A stretch of DNA of 64,000 bases, taken from NCBI RefSeq assembly GCF_001194135.2, contig NC_068994.1:6505731-6569730 (forward strand), given 5' to 3'. The notes under the pieces were generated by a model. The model saw only the letters and a list, made by a program, of their open reading frames with translations. It was not told the origin of the DNA and ran no database searches. This document shows, piece by piece, positions 37,986-49,426 of this stretch. Each line of letters begins with the position of its first letter. The first letter of the stretch is position 1. A program made the position numbers and the translations under genes. The stretch comes from Octopus bimaculoides (taxonomy: Eukaryota).

Positions 37986-39180
37986 CATATATAAAAAAAA
38001 TAATAATAAAATAAATCATGAGACTATTATGACATTTTTATTTTTCTACTTGAACATTGCAAATGATCACATCAGAGAAATGACTCACTTTGTATCCCCA
38101 TTTTGAAACAGCCTTTTAAAAGATAATATGGCTGTGTCCCAGTCTGGGTTTGACGACCTGAAAAGGTCATGGAAAATACCTCCCCTTCTCTGATAAAGTT
38201 ATCAAACAAAGTGGAAATAAATGAAAAACAAAAAAAAAAAAGACTTTGGTGATTAGATAGCTTTATAATTTCCCAATTGGTTGGTTTAAATTGTCTATTT
38301 TTGTGATATCTAGACTGTAGGCTGTCATCTTCATGGTTTTTCTTTCTTCTTCAATAAAGCTGGTTGTTCTATTAATCAGATCAACTGGAACCCTTGTTGT
38401 CATAACTGACAGAGTTATANNNNNNNNNNNNNNNNNNNNNNNNNNNNNNNNNNNNNNNNNNNNNNNNNNNNNNNNNNNNNNNNNNNNNNNNNNNNNNNNN
38501 NNNNNNNNNNNNNNNNNNNNNNNNNNNNNNNNNNNNNNNNNNNNNNNNNNNNNNNNNNNNNNNNNNNNNNNNNNNNNNNNNNNNNNNNNNNNNNNNNNNN
38601 NNNNNNNNNNNNNNNNNNNNNNNNNNNNNNNNNNNNNNNNNNNNNNNNNNNNNNNNNNNNNNNNNNNNNNNNNNNNNNNNNNNNNNNNNNNNNNNNNNNN
38701 NNNNNNNNNNNNNNNNNNNNNNNNNNNNNNNNNNNNNNNNNNNNNNNNNNNNNNNNNNNNNNNNNNNNNNNNNNNNNNNNNNNNNNNNNNNNNNNNNNNN
38801 NNNNNNNNNNNNNNNNNNNNNNNNNNNNNNNNNNNNNNNNNNNNNNNNNNNNNNNNNNNNNNNNNNNNNNNNNNNNNNNNNNNNNNNNNNNNNNNNNNNN
38901 NNNNNNNNNNNNNNNNNNNNNNNNNNNNNNNNNNNNNNNNNNNNNNNNNNNNNNNNNNNNNNNNNNNNNNNNNNNNNNNNNNNNNNNNNNNNNNNNNNNN
39001 NNNNNNNNNNNNNNNNNNNNNNNNACACTCTCTGAGCGGTTGGCGTTAGGAAGGGCATCCAGCTGTAGAAACTCTGCCAAATCAGATTGGAGCCTGGTGC
39101 AGCCATCTGGTTTCACCAGTCCTCAGTCAAATCGTCCAACCCATGCTAGCATGGAAAGCGGATGTTAAATGATGATCATG

Positions 39181-39216
<36 letters not shown>

Positions 39217-39270
39217 ATACATATATATGACAGGCTTCTTTCAGTTTCCGTCTACCAAATCCACTCACAT

Positions 39271-39779
39271 AGGGTAGCTAATATGTTAGAAATTCCACAT
39301 ACATCAATCTACAGAATCCTGCAAAGTGATCTGAATAAAAAAGCTTATTACATTCAAGTTTTCCACAACTTACAAGAGGATTATCCAAGCAGATCAACGA
39401 CGTACACTGAGCTTATTGATCAAATTGAAAGGGCAGATTTAATCCACAAAATTCTGTTCAGTTATGAAGCAACCTTCCACACATGTGAAAAGGTTAATCG
39501 TCACAACTGTCACATTTTGGGAAGCAAGAAACCACCTGAGTTTCTTGAACGGGAATGAGATTCACCGAAAGTGAATATTTGTCTTGGTATGACTAAGTCA
39601 AAGGCATATAGACCTTTCGTTTTTGTAGAGACTACGGTCACAAGAACTGTGTATCTTGATATGCTTGAACAATTTCTTCAGCCTCAACTTCTTACAAATG
39701 GCATTCTTGACACAGCGGTTTTTCAACAGGATGGAGTACGGTGTCATTATGTAAAGACTGTACATAACTATCTTGACAG
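39271..39779 (+). mobile_element. Tc1/mariner-superfamily transposase fragment, inactive
   Basis: Translation gives ILFSYEATF...KVNRHNC...E*DSPKVN...TVT..VYLDMLEQFL.PQL...VFQQDG..CHY. The first catalytic D reads Y and there is one in-frame TGA (39556-39558). No TIRs seen. Confidence 0.85.
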
Positions 39780-40183
39780 GTGTATGTGTGTGTGTAAGCA
39801 TGGATGTGTTCATGGTGAGAAGCATTATATTTGCAAGCACACATACATAATATATATATATATATATATATATATANNNNNNNNNNNNNNNNNNNNNNNN
39901 NNNNNNNNNNNNNNNNNNNNNNNNNNNNNNNNNNNNNNNNNNNNNNNNNNNNNNNNNNNNNNNNNNNNNNNNNNNNNNNNNNNNNNNNNNNNNNNNNNNN
40001 NNNNNNNNNNNNNNNNNNNNNNNNNNNNNNNNNNNNNNNNNNNNNNNNNNNNNNNNNNNNNNNNNNNNNNNNNNNNNNNNNNNTCTTTTACGAGAATTTT
40101 ATCAGGAAGCTAGTGTGTAAAAAAATTCCTAAGGGAAATTTCTATTCCCAAGAATATATATACTTATTCGTTATATATATATA

Positions 40184-40348
40184 TACGACGGGCTTCTTTC
40201 AGTTTCTGCATACCAAATCCACTCACAAGGCTTTGGTCGGCCCGAGGTTATAGTAGAAGACACTTGCCCAAGGTGCCACGCAGTGGGACTGAACCAGGAA
40301 CCATGTGGTTGATAAGCAAGTTACTTACCACACAACCACTCCTGCGCC
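40184..40348 (-). mobile_element. SINE family A head half. Further minus partial copies at 44063-44171, 50798-50918, 54252-54380, 62603-62758; plus copies at 60838-60911 and 15935-16200
   Basis: Near-identical to the reverse complement of 3485-3650. Confidence 0.85.
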
Positions 40349-40429
40349 TATACGTTTAATTTAAAAAAAATTTTTCATTTTTGTTTTTTTCGTTTTTATA
40401 TTGTCCCCTTGTGGGTAATAAAAAAAAAT

Positions 40430-40730
40430 CTCTTTCTTCCTTCTTGCTTACGCCGAGAAACGCTGCAAGCCGGCAGCTCACAGCGGGCTCTTATCCCGCT
40501 CTAATAACTTCACCTGTTATCTCCAGATGTAATTAACCTCACGTGAACGGAGCTATAACGAACCACGCGCTGCCATAAAGATGGTCGCAGGGAACGAACC
40601 ACATGAACGAGAACTAAGATAAACGTCTACTGAACTGCACTCCGCTCGAGTGGTTATGTCAGAAATATGTAATAATCTCGCTTAGTTTGTTCTGCATGCA
40701 GTAAAAACACGCGGCGCCAATTATAAAACA
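40430..40730. promoter_or_regulatory. CpG-rich candidate promoter, probably of the ZNF gene
   Basis: Locally CpG-dense, non-repetitive sequence. TCACGTGA at 40539-40546, YY1-like AAGATGGTCGC at 40578-40588, + strand donor GTAAGT at 40812. Confidence 0.4.
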
Positions 40731-42689
40731 GGGTTTTTGTATTTATTCCTAATGAAAGACCTTGTTTGTCTTGTGTGTGATTACTGGAAGATCGGGGATC
40801 CTTAAAGTGATGTAAGTCTCTTCAGTATCGTAAAGAGTGAATAAAAGAAACGAGGAATTTTAAAGACTTGTCTGTGATGATAACTTTGCCACGTGTTGTG
40901 GAAATCGGAAAATAATGCGTGTCTGAGAAAGAAAAAAAGAAAAATATTTCTTATACAAACACAAGGCTGTGGATTTTCATTATTTCATCTCCAGTACTTT
41001 CCTGTTATTCCTTGTATCATCTAATCGACGAATGAACGACCAAACCCTGGTAATATCTTGATAAAAATACAAATGTGAAAAGATCGCCCAAGTGGCTTCT
41101 CGTTACCGTCCTAGTAAATGCTATGATTCAATTTTGAGAGAAAAAAAGAATCTGTACTTGACTGGTATTTTATTCGATTCCCAAAAGCTGGAAAAACAAA
41201 GCTGACGTTAGAATTTGAACTCAAAATTCACCAACTTCTCTCGTAGGTATTTCTTTTTATTTTAGTTACATACTTAAATTTTATTTTCATATCAAAAGTA
41301 TTGAATTGGGTTACAGAAATAGTTTTAAAAAAGGCTCCCCACCTCCGTTGTTTAAAATGTGGGATACAAAAAAATCGGAAAACCCCCCGCAAAAAATGGA
41401 TAAAGTTCAACTTATGTGGAGTCCGCCTTTATTGAACCTGATAAGGATTAGTAGTTGGATTAGAATTAAGTCTATGATAATTGGCTTAATCTGAGTGTTA
41501 TTAACCACATACTTTTTAGAATCAACTTTTGACATAAATAACATTTTTATTTCACTTCGGTGAGATTTGAACACGGAACATAAAGGAGATGAAAAGGGAG
41601 AGATACCGATAAATTAATTATCCCTATTTTCAATTCTATGACCCTTTATTATTTAGGAAAGACTTTTATTTATAATAGTCATTAATAGTTAATACTGTTC
41701 TATCATATCGTCGTTTCGCTCCAAGTCAATCCTAATTAAGTAGAATTATGATCAAATGTCTTCCAGCCGTGACCCTCCAGGTTCTTTTTTTCCTTCTCGG
41801 GCATAGTGGCTTTTTGGAATACATTATGCAATGTGTCCTTTCTTTCTGACAGCATAGTGTGAATTTGAAGGAGATTTAGCTGTAATTTCTAGCAGATCAA
41901 ATGGACACTTGGAGGCTAGTGAAAAAAGCTCTTATTTATTACCTAAAAACCCCGAACTATAAGTTTTTTTTCTGTTTTTTGTTTTCTTTTTTAATAAATC
42001 TACTTAATTTTCTTTGTGAAAGAAAGGCTAAACTCATTCTAGATGCAAAATGCCGATCTTTTATATTATGTATGTAAACTAGGCGATCTGCCATAATCTA
42101 ATACACACACACACACACACAATACAATTAATATATACAAACGTTAATTTGTAAAAGTTAATGGACAGTAACTATGAAAATGAGCCAAAAAGACATATAC
42201 ACTCCCACATTTACGCACAACACAGAATACGAATGTTTCCCTCTAAAAAGTGACAGGGTAACCCATCCTAACACGTGTAAATTGTTTTGGAAGTATGTAT
42301 TAATTTGTGTGTGTGTGTATTTGATGCCAAATACATACATTTGTTTGTTTTATTTGATTGTGTGTATATTTGCATCTGTGGGTGTCTTGCGCGTGCATTT
42401 GCGTAATTGTTGTTTGCATAATCTCTCTCTCCCCAGACACAACAGTATATATATATATATATACTGTTTTTCTACTCTCGTATTTCGAGCATTTAACAAC
42501 AATATACGTTTTCGATAAAACAGTTGTTCCCGCAAAGCAAATTAAATAGAATTTGGGATTTTGCGGAGGGTTAGAATTGGTAGCAAAAACAGGAAGGGCT
42601 GCTAAGCCTAAACGAGGCTGTGGTGGCGAACGCGTAAATCAAGCTAGGACAGGAGACAGACAAGAACACATCTTCCTTGATCCGGCTGT

Positions 42690-43111
42690 TGTTGTTGGCA
42701 CTCCGTCGCTTACGACGTCGAGGGTTCCAGTTGATCCGATCAACGGAACAACCTGCTCGTGAAATTAACGTGCAAGTGGCTGAGCACTCCACTGACACGT
42801 GTACCCTTAACGTAGTTCTCAGGGATATTCAACGTGACACAGTGTGACAAGGCTGACCCTTTGAATTACAGGCACAACATAAACAGGAAGTAAGAGTGAG
42901 AGAAAGTTGTGGTGGAAGAGTACAGCAGGGTTCGCCACCATCCCCTGCCGGAGCCTCGTGGAGCTTTAGGTGTTTTCGCTCAATAAACACTCACAACGCC
43001 CGGTCTGGGAATCGAAACCGCGAGTCCGCTGCCCTATTTCACGAGCAGGCTGTTCCGTTGATCGGATCAACTGGAACCCTCAACGTCGTAAGCGACGGAG
43101 TGCCAACAACA
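42690..43111 (-). mobile_element. SINE family D copy with a 76-bp inverted duplication of its 3' end replacing the 5' end
   Basis: 42690-42765 and 43036-43111 are reverse complements (74/76). Confidence 0.85.
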
Positions 43112-44391
43112 TATATCTTCATCATCTTGTGTGCGTGTGCATGCATGAATGTATGTGTGCGAATGTGTCTTCTTGATTTGACATCATGTGATCATGTAAT
43201 GGTTGTAAACAGGCATCTCTGTTTGGCCGTGGGAAAAGTATTACCTTGCTTGGAAACATGTGGGTTGGCAACAGAAAAGGCATCCAGCCATAGAAAACCT
43301 TTCTCAATGAATTCTGTCTGACCCAAGCAAGCATGGAAGAGTAGACATGGAAAATAGCAATGATGATGATGATTCTCCCTATGAAAATCTTATGTTACAT
43401 CTTTTTTTTTTTTCCTTCTAGGAAATCCTGTAATATCAGAAGTAAAAATAAGACTTCTGAAGTTGTGGAACTTTCCAATGATTTTGAAGACCCAAGTATT
43501 ATAAGACTGAAACATCAATTAATAGTAACACACAACCAAATGCTAATCAAATACTGCATGTAATCCTGCAACCAAACACCAATTAAAGGTAATACATTAC
43601 TGAAGCACCTGTAAACCATTGGGAATTGACTGAGTGCGATTACTCCCTCAATGAACAGAAAATTAGGAAGTAATTAACAGAGGCTGCACAGAAAAGGCCA
43701 TAGATACATACTTATGAAGCTTTCAAAATGCAAATGGAATTGTAACCGAAAACCTGAAGCAATACAAATATTACTCTTTTCCTTTCAACCTGGAATGGCA
43801 CCATTTTTATTTTGACCCTTCACCCCATTTTTTTATTTTTCATAGAACTTTATGGAATTTACTTCACATTCCATTTTGGGGCTTGGCTTGGTTTGGTTTT
43901 TTACTGCAAAATAAATTTGCTTGCATTAAGAAATTATTTCAAGGTTAAAATGATGTCAGTTTAAAATTTCACTAATATATATATATTTTAGATGAAATCA
44001 GTTTACATATGGTTGCTTTTATCTTAGCTTTAAGAAGTAATTGATGTTAGCTTGGTTTTAAAGGCCCAAGGCTATAGTAGAAGACACTTGCCCAATGTGC
44101 CATACAGTGGGACTGAACCCGGAACCATGTGGTTCATAAGCAAGCTACTAACCACACAGCCACTCCTACGCTTATAATGTTTAATATTTTTATTATTATA
44201 CTGTAATTTGAGGAATCTCAATAATTTGAAGTCAGACTTTTGACTGAAGTGTCCTAAATTCTTACCCTGTTAACTTTATTCCATTCTGCAAAACTATTCT
44301 AGGTCCCTGAGATAAACCATTGTGCTGTGTTTTTAATCTTGAGAACTCACCTTCTAGAAGAAACATAATTAATTTCAGAAGACATTTAACC

Positions 44392-45339
44392 ATGAAATAC
44401 AAACAGAAGCAGTTGTTTAAGTGTGAAGATTGTGGTAACACTATCTCTGTGGAATCAGACACCTCTTTGATACCAAACCAAATAACCAACAATGTTTTCT
44501 TTTGTGCAGTTTGTGGTAAATCATTCTCTCCATATAAACTTTTATTATCAAAAGACCTGCAGAAGAAGAAAGCAATAAACCCTTATGGAATTTGTTGGAA
44601 ATCTTCATTTCAAACTAAAAAATTTTCCTGTCACCAAACTCTTCGTGGAAATGATAAACCGTTTTATTGTAGAATCTGTGGTAAGTCTTTCGTCCAAAAC
44701 TGTGATTTAATCCGACATGTACAGATTCACACAGGAGAGAAACCTTACCATTGTGAAATCTGTGGTCAAAAACTATCTCGCAGAAGCACGCTAAACGAAC
44801 ACAAATGGAATCATATGGGAGAGAAACGGTTCCAGTGTGAAATTTGCGGCGAAAGATTTACTCGGAACAGTTCTTTCTCGATGCACAAAAAGAAACACGG
44901 CGTGAATAAACATCACCAGTGTGAAGTCTGTGGTAAAACATTCAACGAAGTGAACAGTTTATCTTGCCATAAACGTGTTCACACTGGGGAAAAACCGTAC
45001 CACTGTGAAATATGTGGAAAAGTATTCACACAAAGTAGTGATTTGACACGTCACAAACGTATTCATACAGGAGATCAACCTTATACATGTATGATTTGCA
45101 AGAAAACATTTTCTCAGAATAGCAGTCTTATTCGGCACAAACGTATTCACACAGGGGTGAAACCGCACTACTGTGAAATTTGTGGCAAAACTTTTTGTCA
45201 AAATAGCGATTTATCTTCACATAAGCGTAGTCACACGGGAGAGAAACCATATTCTTGTGAGATTTGTGGTAAAAACTTTTCTGTAAGTAGTCATTTATCT
45301 CGTCACAAAAAGATTCATACAGGAACGGAACCAATGTGA
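44392..45339 (+). CDS. C2H2 zinc-finger protein, 315 aa, single coding exon
   Basis: ATG at 44392 lies 13 nt after an acceptor (aatttcag, ending 44378). Eight intact CxxC-12-HxxxH fingers with TGEKP-like linkers, preceded by three degenerate finger-like segments. Stop TGA at 45337-45339. Confidence 0.93.
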   Translation: MKYKQKQLFKCEDCGNTISVESDTSLIPNQITNNVFFCAVCGKSFSPYKLLLSKDLQKKKAINPYGICWKSSFQTKKFSCHQTLRGNDKPFYCRICGKSFVQNCDLIRHVQIHTGEKPYHCEICGQKLSRRSTLNEHKWNHMGEKRFQCEICGERFTRNSSFSMHKKKHGVNKHHQCEVCGKTFNEVNSLSCHKRVHTGEKPYHCEICGKVFTQSSDLTRHKRIHTGDQPYTCMICKKTFSQNSSLIRHKRIHTGVKPHYCEICGKTFCQNSDLSSHKRSHTGEKPYSCEICGKNFSVSSHLSRHKKIHTGTEPM

Positions 45340-45549
45340 GGATTCTTAAAATAAGAAAGCAGGTAATTATATTATTTTCTGCTAAAAGTTATATCTTTGG
45401 AGACGAAACTGCTCAAATAGGATAAGATTCTTCCAATGTGCAAAAATTTTGATTCACTGATGGTCAAGTAACACTAAATAATTAACAACTTGTTCGGTTG
45501 CTTTTTTAAATATTTTAAAAAATGTTCTGAGAAAGAAAAATGAATTAAA

Positions 45550-45680
45550 AAGATATTTAACCATGAAATCACCTCAACAATACAAACAGAAGACGGTACT
45601 GGATAATGTAGCTATCCTGTGCTGATGACATCTATTGAAGCAGAAACATGCCTACAGATGCCCTCTTGTCTCTAGACTGT
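45550..45680 (+). pseudogene. Decayed partial duplicate of the ZNF start region
   Basis: aagatatttaaccatgaaat...acaaacagaag matches 44379-44409 with a 12-nt insertion. The downstream TSIEAETC-like segment echoes TISVESDTS of the ZNF. Stops and frameshifts are present. Confidence 0.5.
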
Positions 45681-46699
45681 CAGGTTGTCTTTTTCTTAAC
45701 CTTTTTACTGCAGACATCAGATACATAAACTAAAAACTTCATCACCCTTAACTACAAAAAACAGTTTTATATACCAATCTATCTTTTGTTGAAGAATGTT
45801 ATGTTTGAAACCATTTTCTCTTGAGATATGCCAATTTTATTTAGTTAATGTGATTTGCAGAAAATACCAATCATATTTTTTGGCAGATATTTAACATCAT
45901 TACAAAAATGAACATGAAATTTAACTATGCAGTTAAAGGGTTGAATGGCATGTCAGTTTTGAAGAATTTTTTATTCTTGAGATTATCTCATTTGGAGACG
46001 GTCCCAATCATTCTATCTTCTCTGGAAGCAGAGATAATTTCAATAAATCAAAAATTTATCTTGTCTACTCTTTATTTGTCTTTGTTAAAATACATCTCAC
46101 TGACCTCTGAATTACTTCTCTTAGCTCATTGAAGCAGTTAAGAGAAGTATACAGTAAGATTGGATGGTCATAACTGGAACACATTTGATCATATAGCACT
46201 CACTCGGGGTTAAAGAACAACACTTTCTAGAAAGCAAAGCATTCGTCCGAAGGAGGTACATAGATTAAAACTAACGACATACAACCGTCTACTTCAGTTG
46301 CACAAACATCTCCAGACACTCTGCAGCTGGCTTCAATTATACCAATGCACTCACAACAGCAAAAGATTGTAAATATATGTCGGCCGAGTTATAAACAATA
46401 GAGCTTTGTGTCTTATCCATTGTTGTCTCTTCTTGTCTTTTCTCTTCCTCTCATTGTTTCTCTCCTCCTCCTCCTCACTTGTTGGGTAAGAGAAGAGACA
46501 GAATTATACACAAACATGACCTACATACGTGTGTGTGTGTTATACTCACATACACAAGGTTATTATAAAGTCCTTGTTCAATTTTTAAGGTTTCATAAAT
46601 TTAGTTCTACATGCAATAGAATATAAACCCTTTAGCTTTTAATCCAGCAATATCCAGCCCCTGTATTCCACCTGTTTTATGTTAATACTGATTTCAATA

Positions 46700-46975
46700 T
46701 GATCTACACCACCTGAAAGACATTTGTTGAAAATTTCATCAAAATACCCATTTTTTTTTTCTGAAAGTTATAAGGAAACAAAGTCGATTTGCGTAAATTA
46801 TCCTAAACTCCTTTACCTATCTCTAAAAAACTTTTTCATAACAAATTTCCATATAATCGTAATGTACACCAACTGAAAGCTACTTGTAGAAAATTTCATT
46901 AAAAAAAAAAAATGTGAATTTTTCTGAAAGTTATAAGGAAACAAGAGTCGGGTGGGGGCACACTTGTGTAGGTAT
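46700..46975 (+). repeat. Dispersed repeat with ~150-bp internal tandem units (family U)
   Basis: Two units of gaaaatttcat..aaaa...tttttctgaaagttataaggaaacaa ending in gtcgggtgggggcacacttgtgtagg. Relatives at 1215-1440, 6950-8200 and 48590-48880 (reverse). Confidence 0.6.
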
Positions 46976-47828
46976 GCCCTCCATAAGGTTATCTACGTTA
47001 ACATAAAGCTTCAGACTTCCAAAGAGACGGAAATTTTGGAGTGTTGTCGTCACCCATGAGAGGTTATTTTAAACACATGCACACTAGATCACGCATGGAC
47101 GACCTTTATCAAGAAGTGGGCCACATGGCTCCTCACCAGACAGACTGTACTACTAAAAAAAATTCAAGTTAATTTTTCATTTAAGCACGCCATTCAAAAA
47201 GTCCCACAGGTAGAAGTTTGCTCATGACTCTACTAGAAAAGCCACGGATCCACGTTTTTGTCACATTAACTTACTGTCTTCAAGCAAAATAAAAATAGAT
47301 AAATAATAATGTAAACAAGGTGGACGATATGACTTCAGTTGGGTAAAACCTTCAGTGTCACCTTAAATTTTTTTTTTCTTTTTCTTTCGTCACAGTCACC
47401 CAGTTTCTTACTCTATTCATTCTCCATGACAGGCTGTGTGAGTACTAGAAAGAGCAGGCGATCTCTAACCACATAGAACAAATTGATTGAAAATGTAACG
47501 TTAATTGATGGTTAATGAGTCGATAGATGTGAGCTAAGAATATAAGTTTAGCAGGTGGTTGTTGGTAGCTGGTGGTTGATTGTAGCTAGAGTGAATTAAA
47601 AGCTTACAGTTACGTGGTTGATGGTAGCTAGGAGTAAAAAAAAAAATATTGTTAAACGGCTGTTGGGAGTGAGGTAAATCGAACCAGCGAGACCTATTAT
47701 TAACTGGTGAGTCATTGGTGAACAGTGAAATAAGCGAGGTTTATGTTTTGTGTTGAGGAATAAGCTTAATTTATAATAATTTACAGGTGTATGCTGTCTG
47801 TCCAGTTAATATGGCTATGTATGCAATA

Positions 47829-47902
47829 TCCTTGGTTGTTACAGTAGTAAGTATCCCTGTCTGTCATGCAAGAGAGTGGGGTTCAATTCCCTGCTGGGGG
47901 GA
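47829..47902 (+). pseudogene. tRNA-Asp(GTC) pseudogene
   Basis: TCCTTGGTTGTTACAGTAGTAAGTATCCCTGTCTGTCATGCAAGAGAGTGGGGTTCAATTCCCTGCTGGGGGG aligns by eye to the canonical eukaryotic tRNA-Asp. Many differences are CpG to TpG/CpA changes and the stems are disrupted. Confidence 0.8.
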
Positions 47903-49426
47903 GGGGCTCTTTTGTATATGTGTGTGTGTGTGTGTATACACACGAATACACATTGATGATATATATATAAAATTACTACACGTGTGAATGTGTTACGAGT
48001 ACTAACAATGCAATAAAATTACAGCTTATTTCTAGTAGGTCGAGCAATCTGCTAGAAATATCAGCTAAATTTCTCTCTCTTTCACTGTCTTTAAAAAATG
48101 GAAGGACACGTTAGGCATTGTGGCCCTGAAACATTTTTGAGCGTAAGTATGCTTTAATGTGGTTGACCTGGGGCTAAACAACGATTTCCTAGTTCCTCCT
48201 TTCGATCACTGAAGCCTTAGTTAATCTGATGACACTTCTATGAAATGAATTTTTTTTTATTTGTATTCTGTTCCGTGTTGAGCTGAATAGTGGTAGTTCC
48301 TTAGTTGTCTCCCCTACTTCTTGAAGTCTGAGACGAACCATCAGAGATCGAATAGACAGACTGCTTCACACTATTAAATTTCATCTTTTAGAAGTCAATA
48401 AAAAAGAAAAGAAAAGTGGTGTAACTACAGATGTATGCGTCCAGAGACTTTGTTTCTTTATAACTTTCTAAACAATATCTATTTTTCAATGAAATTTTCC
48501 AGATATTACATGGTGTAAATAGATTAAGACTATATCGGAATTTGTTGAGAAAAAAAAAAAAAAATTCCGTGTAATATAATTCACACACTACGATTTGTTA
48601 CCCCTATAACTTTCTGAAAACCGGTATTTTTTCAATAAAATTTTCTGCAAATACATTTCAAAAGGTGTAGACAACGATTATATCGGAATTTGATGTAAAA
48701 AAAGAAAAGAAAAGATGAATAAAAATTGGGGAATTTGGAGTCAGGGAATTCACACACCTCGGTCTTGTTTCCTCATACATTCTGATAAGGTATGTTAATT
48801 ATCCACCCCGCTTCCTTTTTTCATACCAGATTCCGATACAGTCGTAATCTACCCCATCTGAATGGTATTCATCTTTTCCTTCACATGTTTTAGTCATTAG
48901 ATTGCGGCCGAGCTGGGGCACCGCCTTGAAGAAAGAAAAGAAAAGAACATATCAATATATAGTTTGAGGCTGGACGGAATTGTAACAACCTCGACCGACA
49001 TTCATTTCGGATTTTTGCGTTCTGAGTTCAAATTTTGCCATCGCCTACTTGGATGTGTTATGTTTAATCAGTCACCTGCTTTAACACTAAATGATGGATT
49101 AAGTCTACCTGGTGTTAAACTAGCTAACGAATCCGCTAAAGGAGCATTAGGTACTAGGTGGAGATTTAACATCAGCACCTCGTACCTTGGAGGCTTTTAG
49201 TGGAGTCCACACTGCTAGAGCATTCGAGAGCCAGGTCTCCAGTTTGAGGATATCGTCCTATTACCTCTCACCATATTTACAGGTATATATTGTTACATAT
49301 ATGTTGTTATATATATGTAACAAATGAAGGACATCACACCAACTTAAGTACCTTATTCAACTGAATCTCTCTCTCTCTCTCTCACACACACACATAATAT
49401 AATTATATATATATATGTATCGTCAG

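Noticed and set aside
45622-48250. Other CTGATGA occurrences (~45622, ~48226) as hammerheads
   Set aside because: No stem II can form between CTGATGA and the following GAAA.
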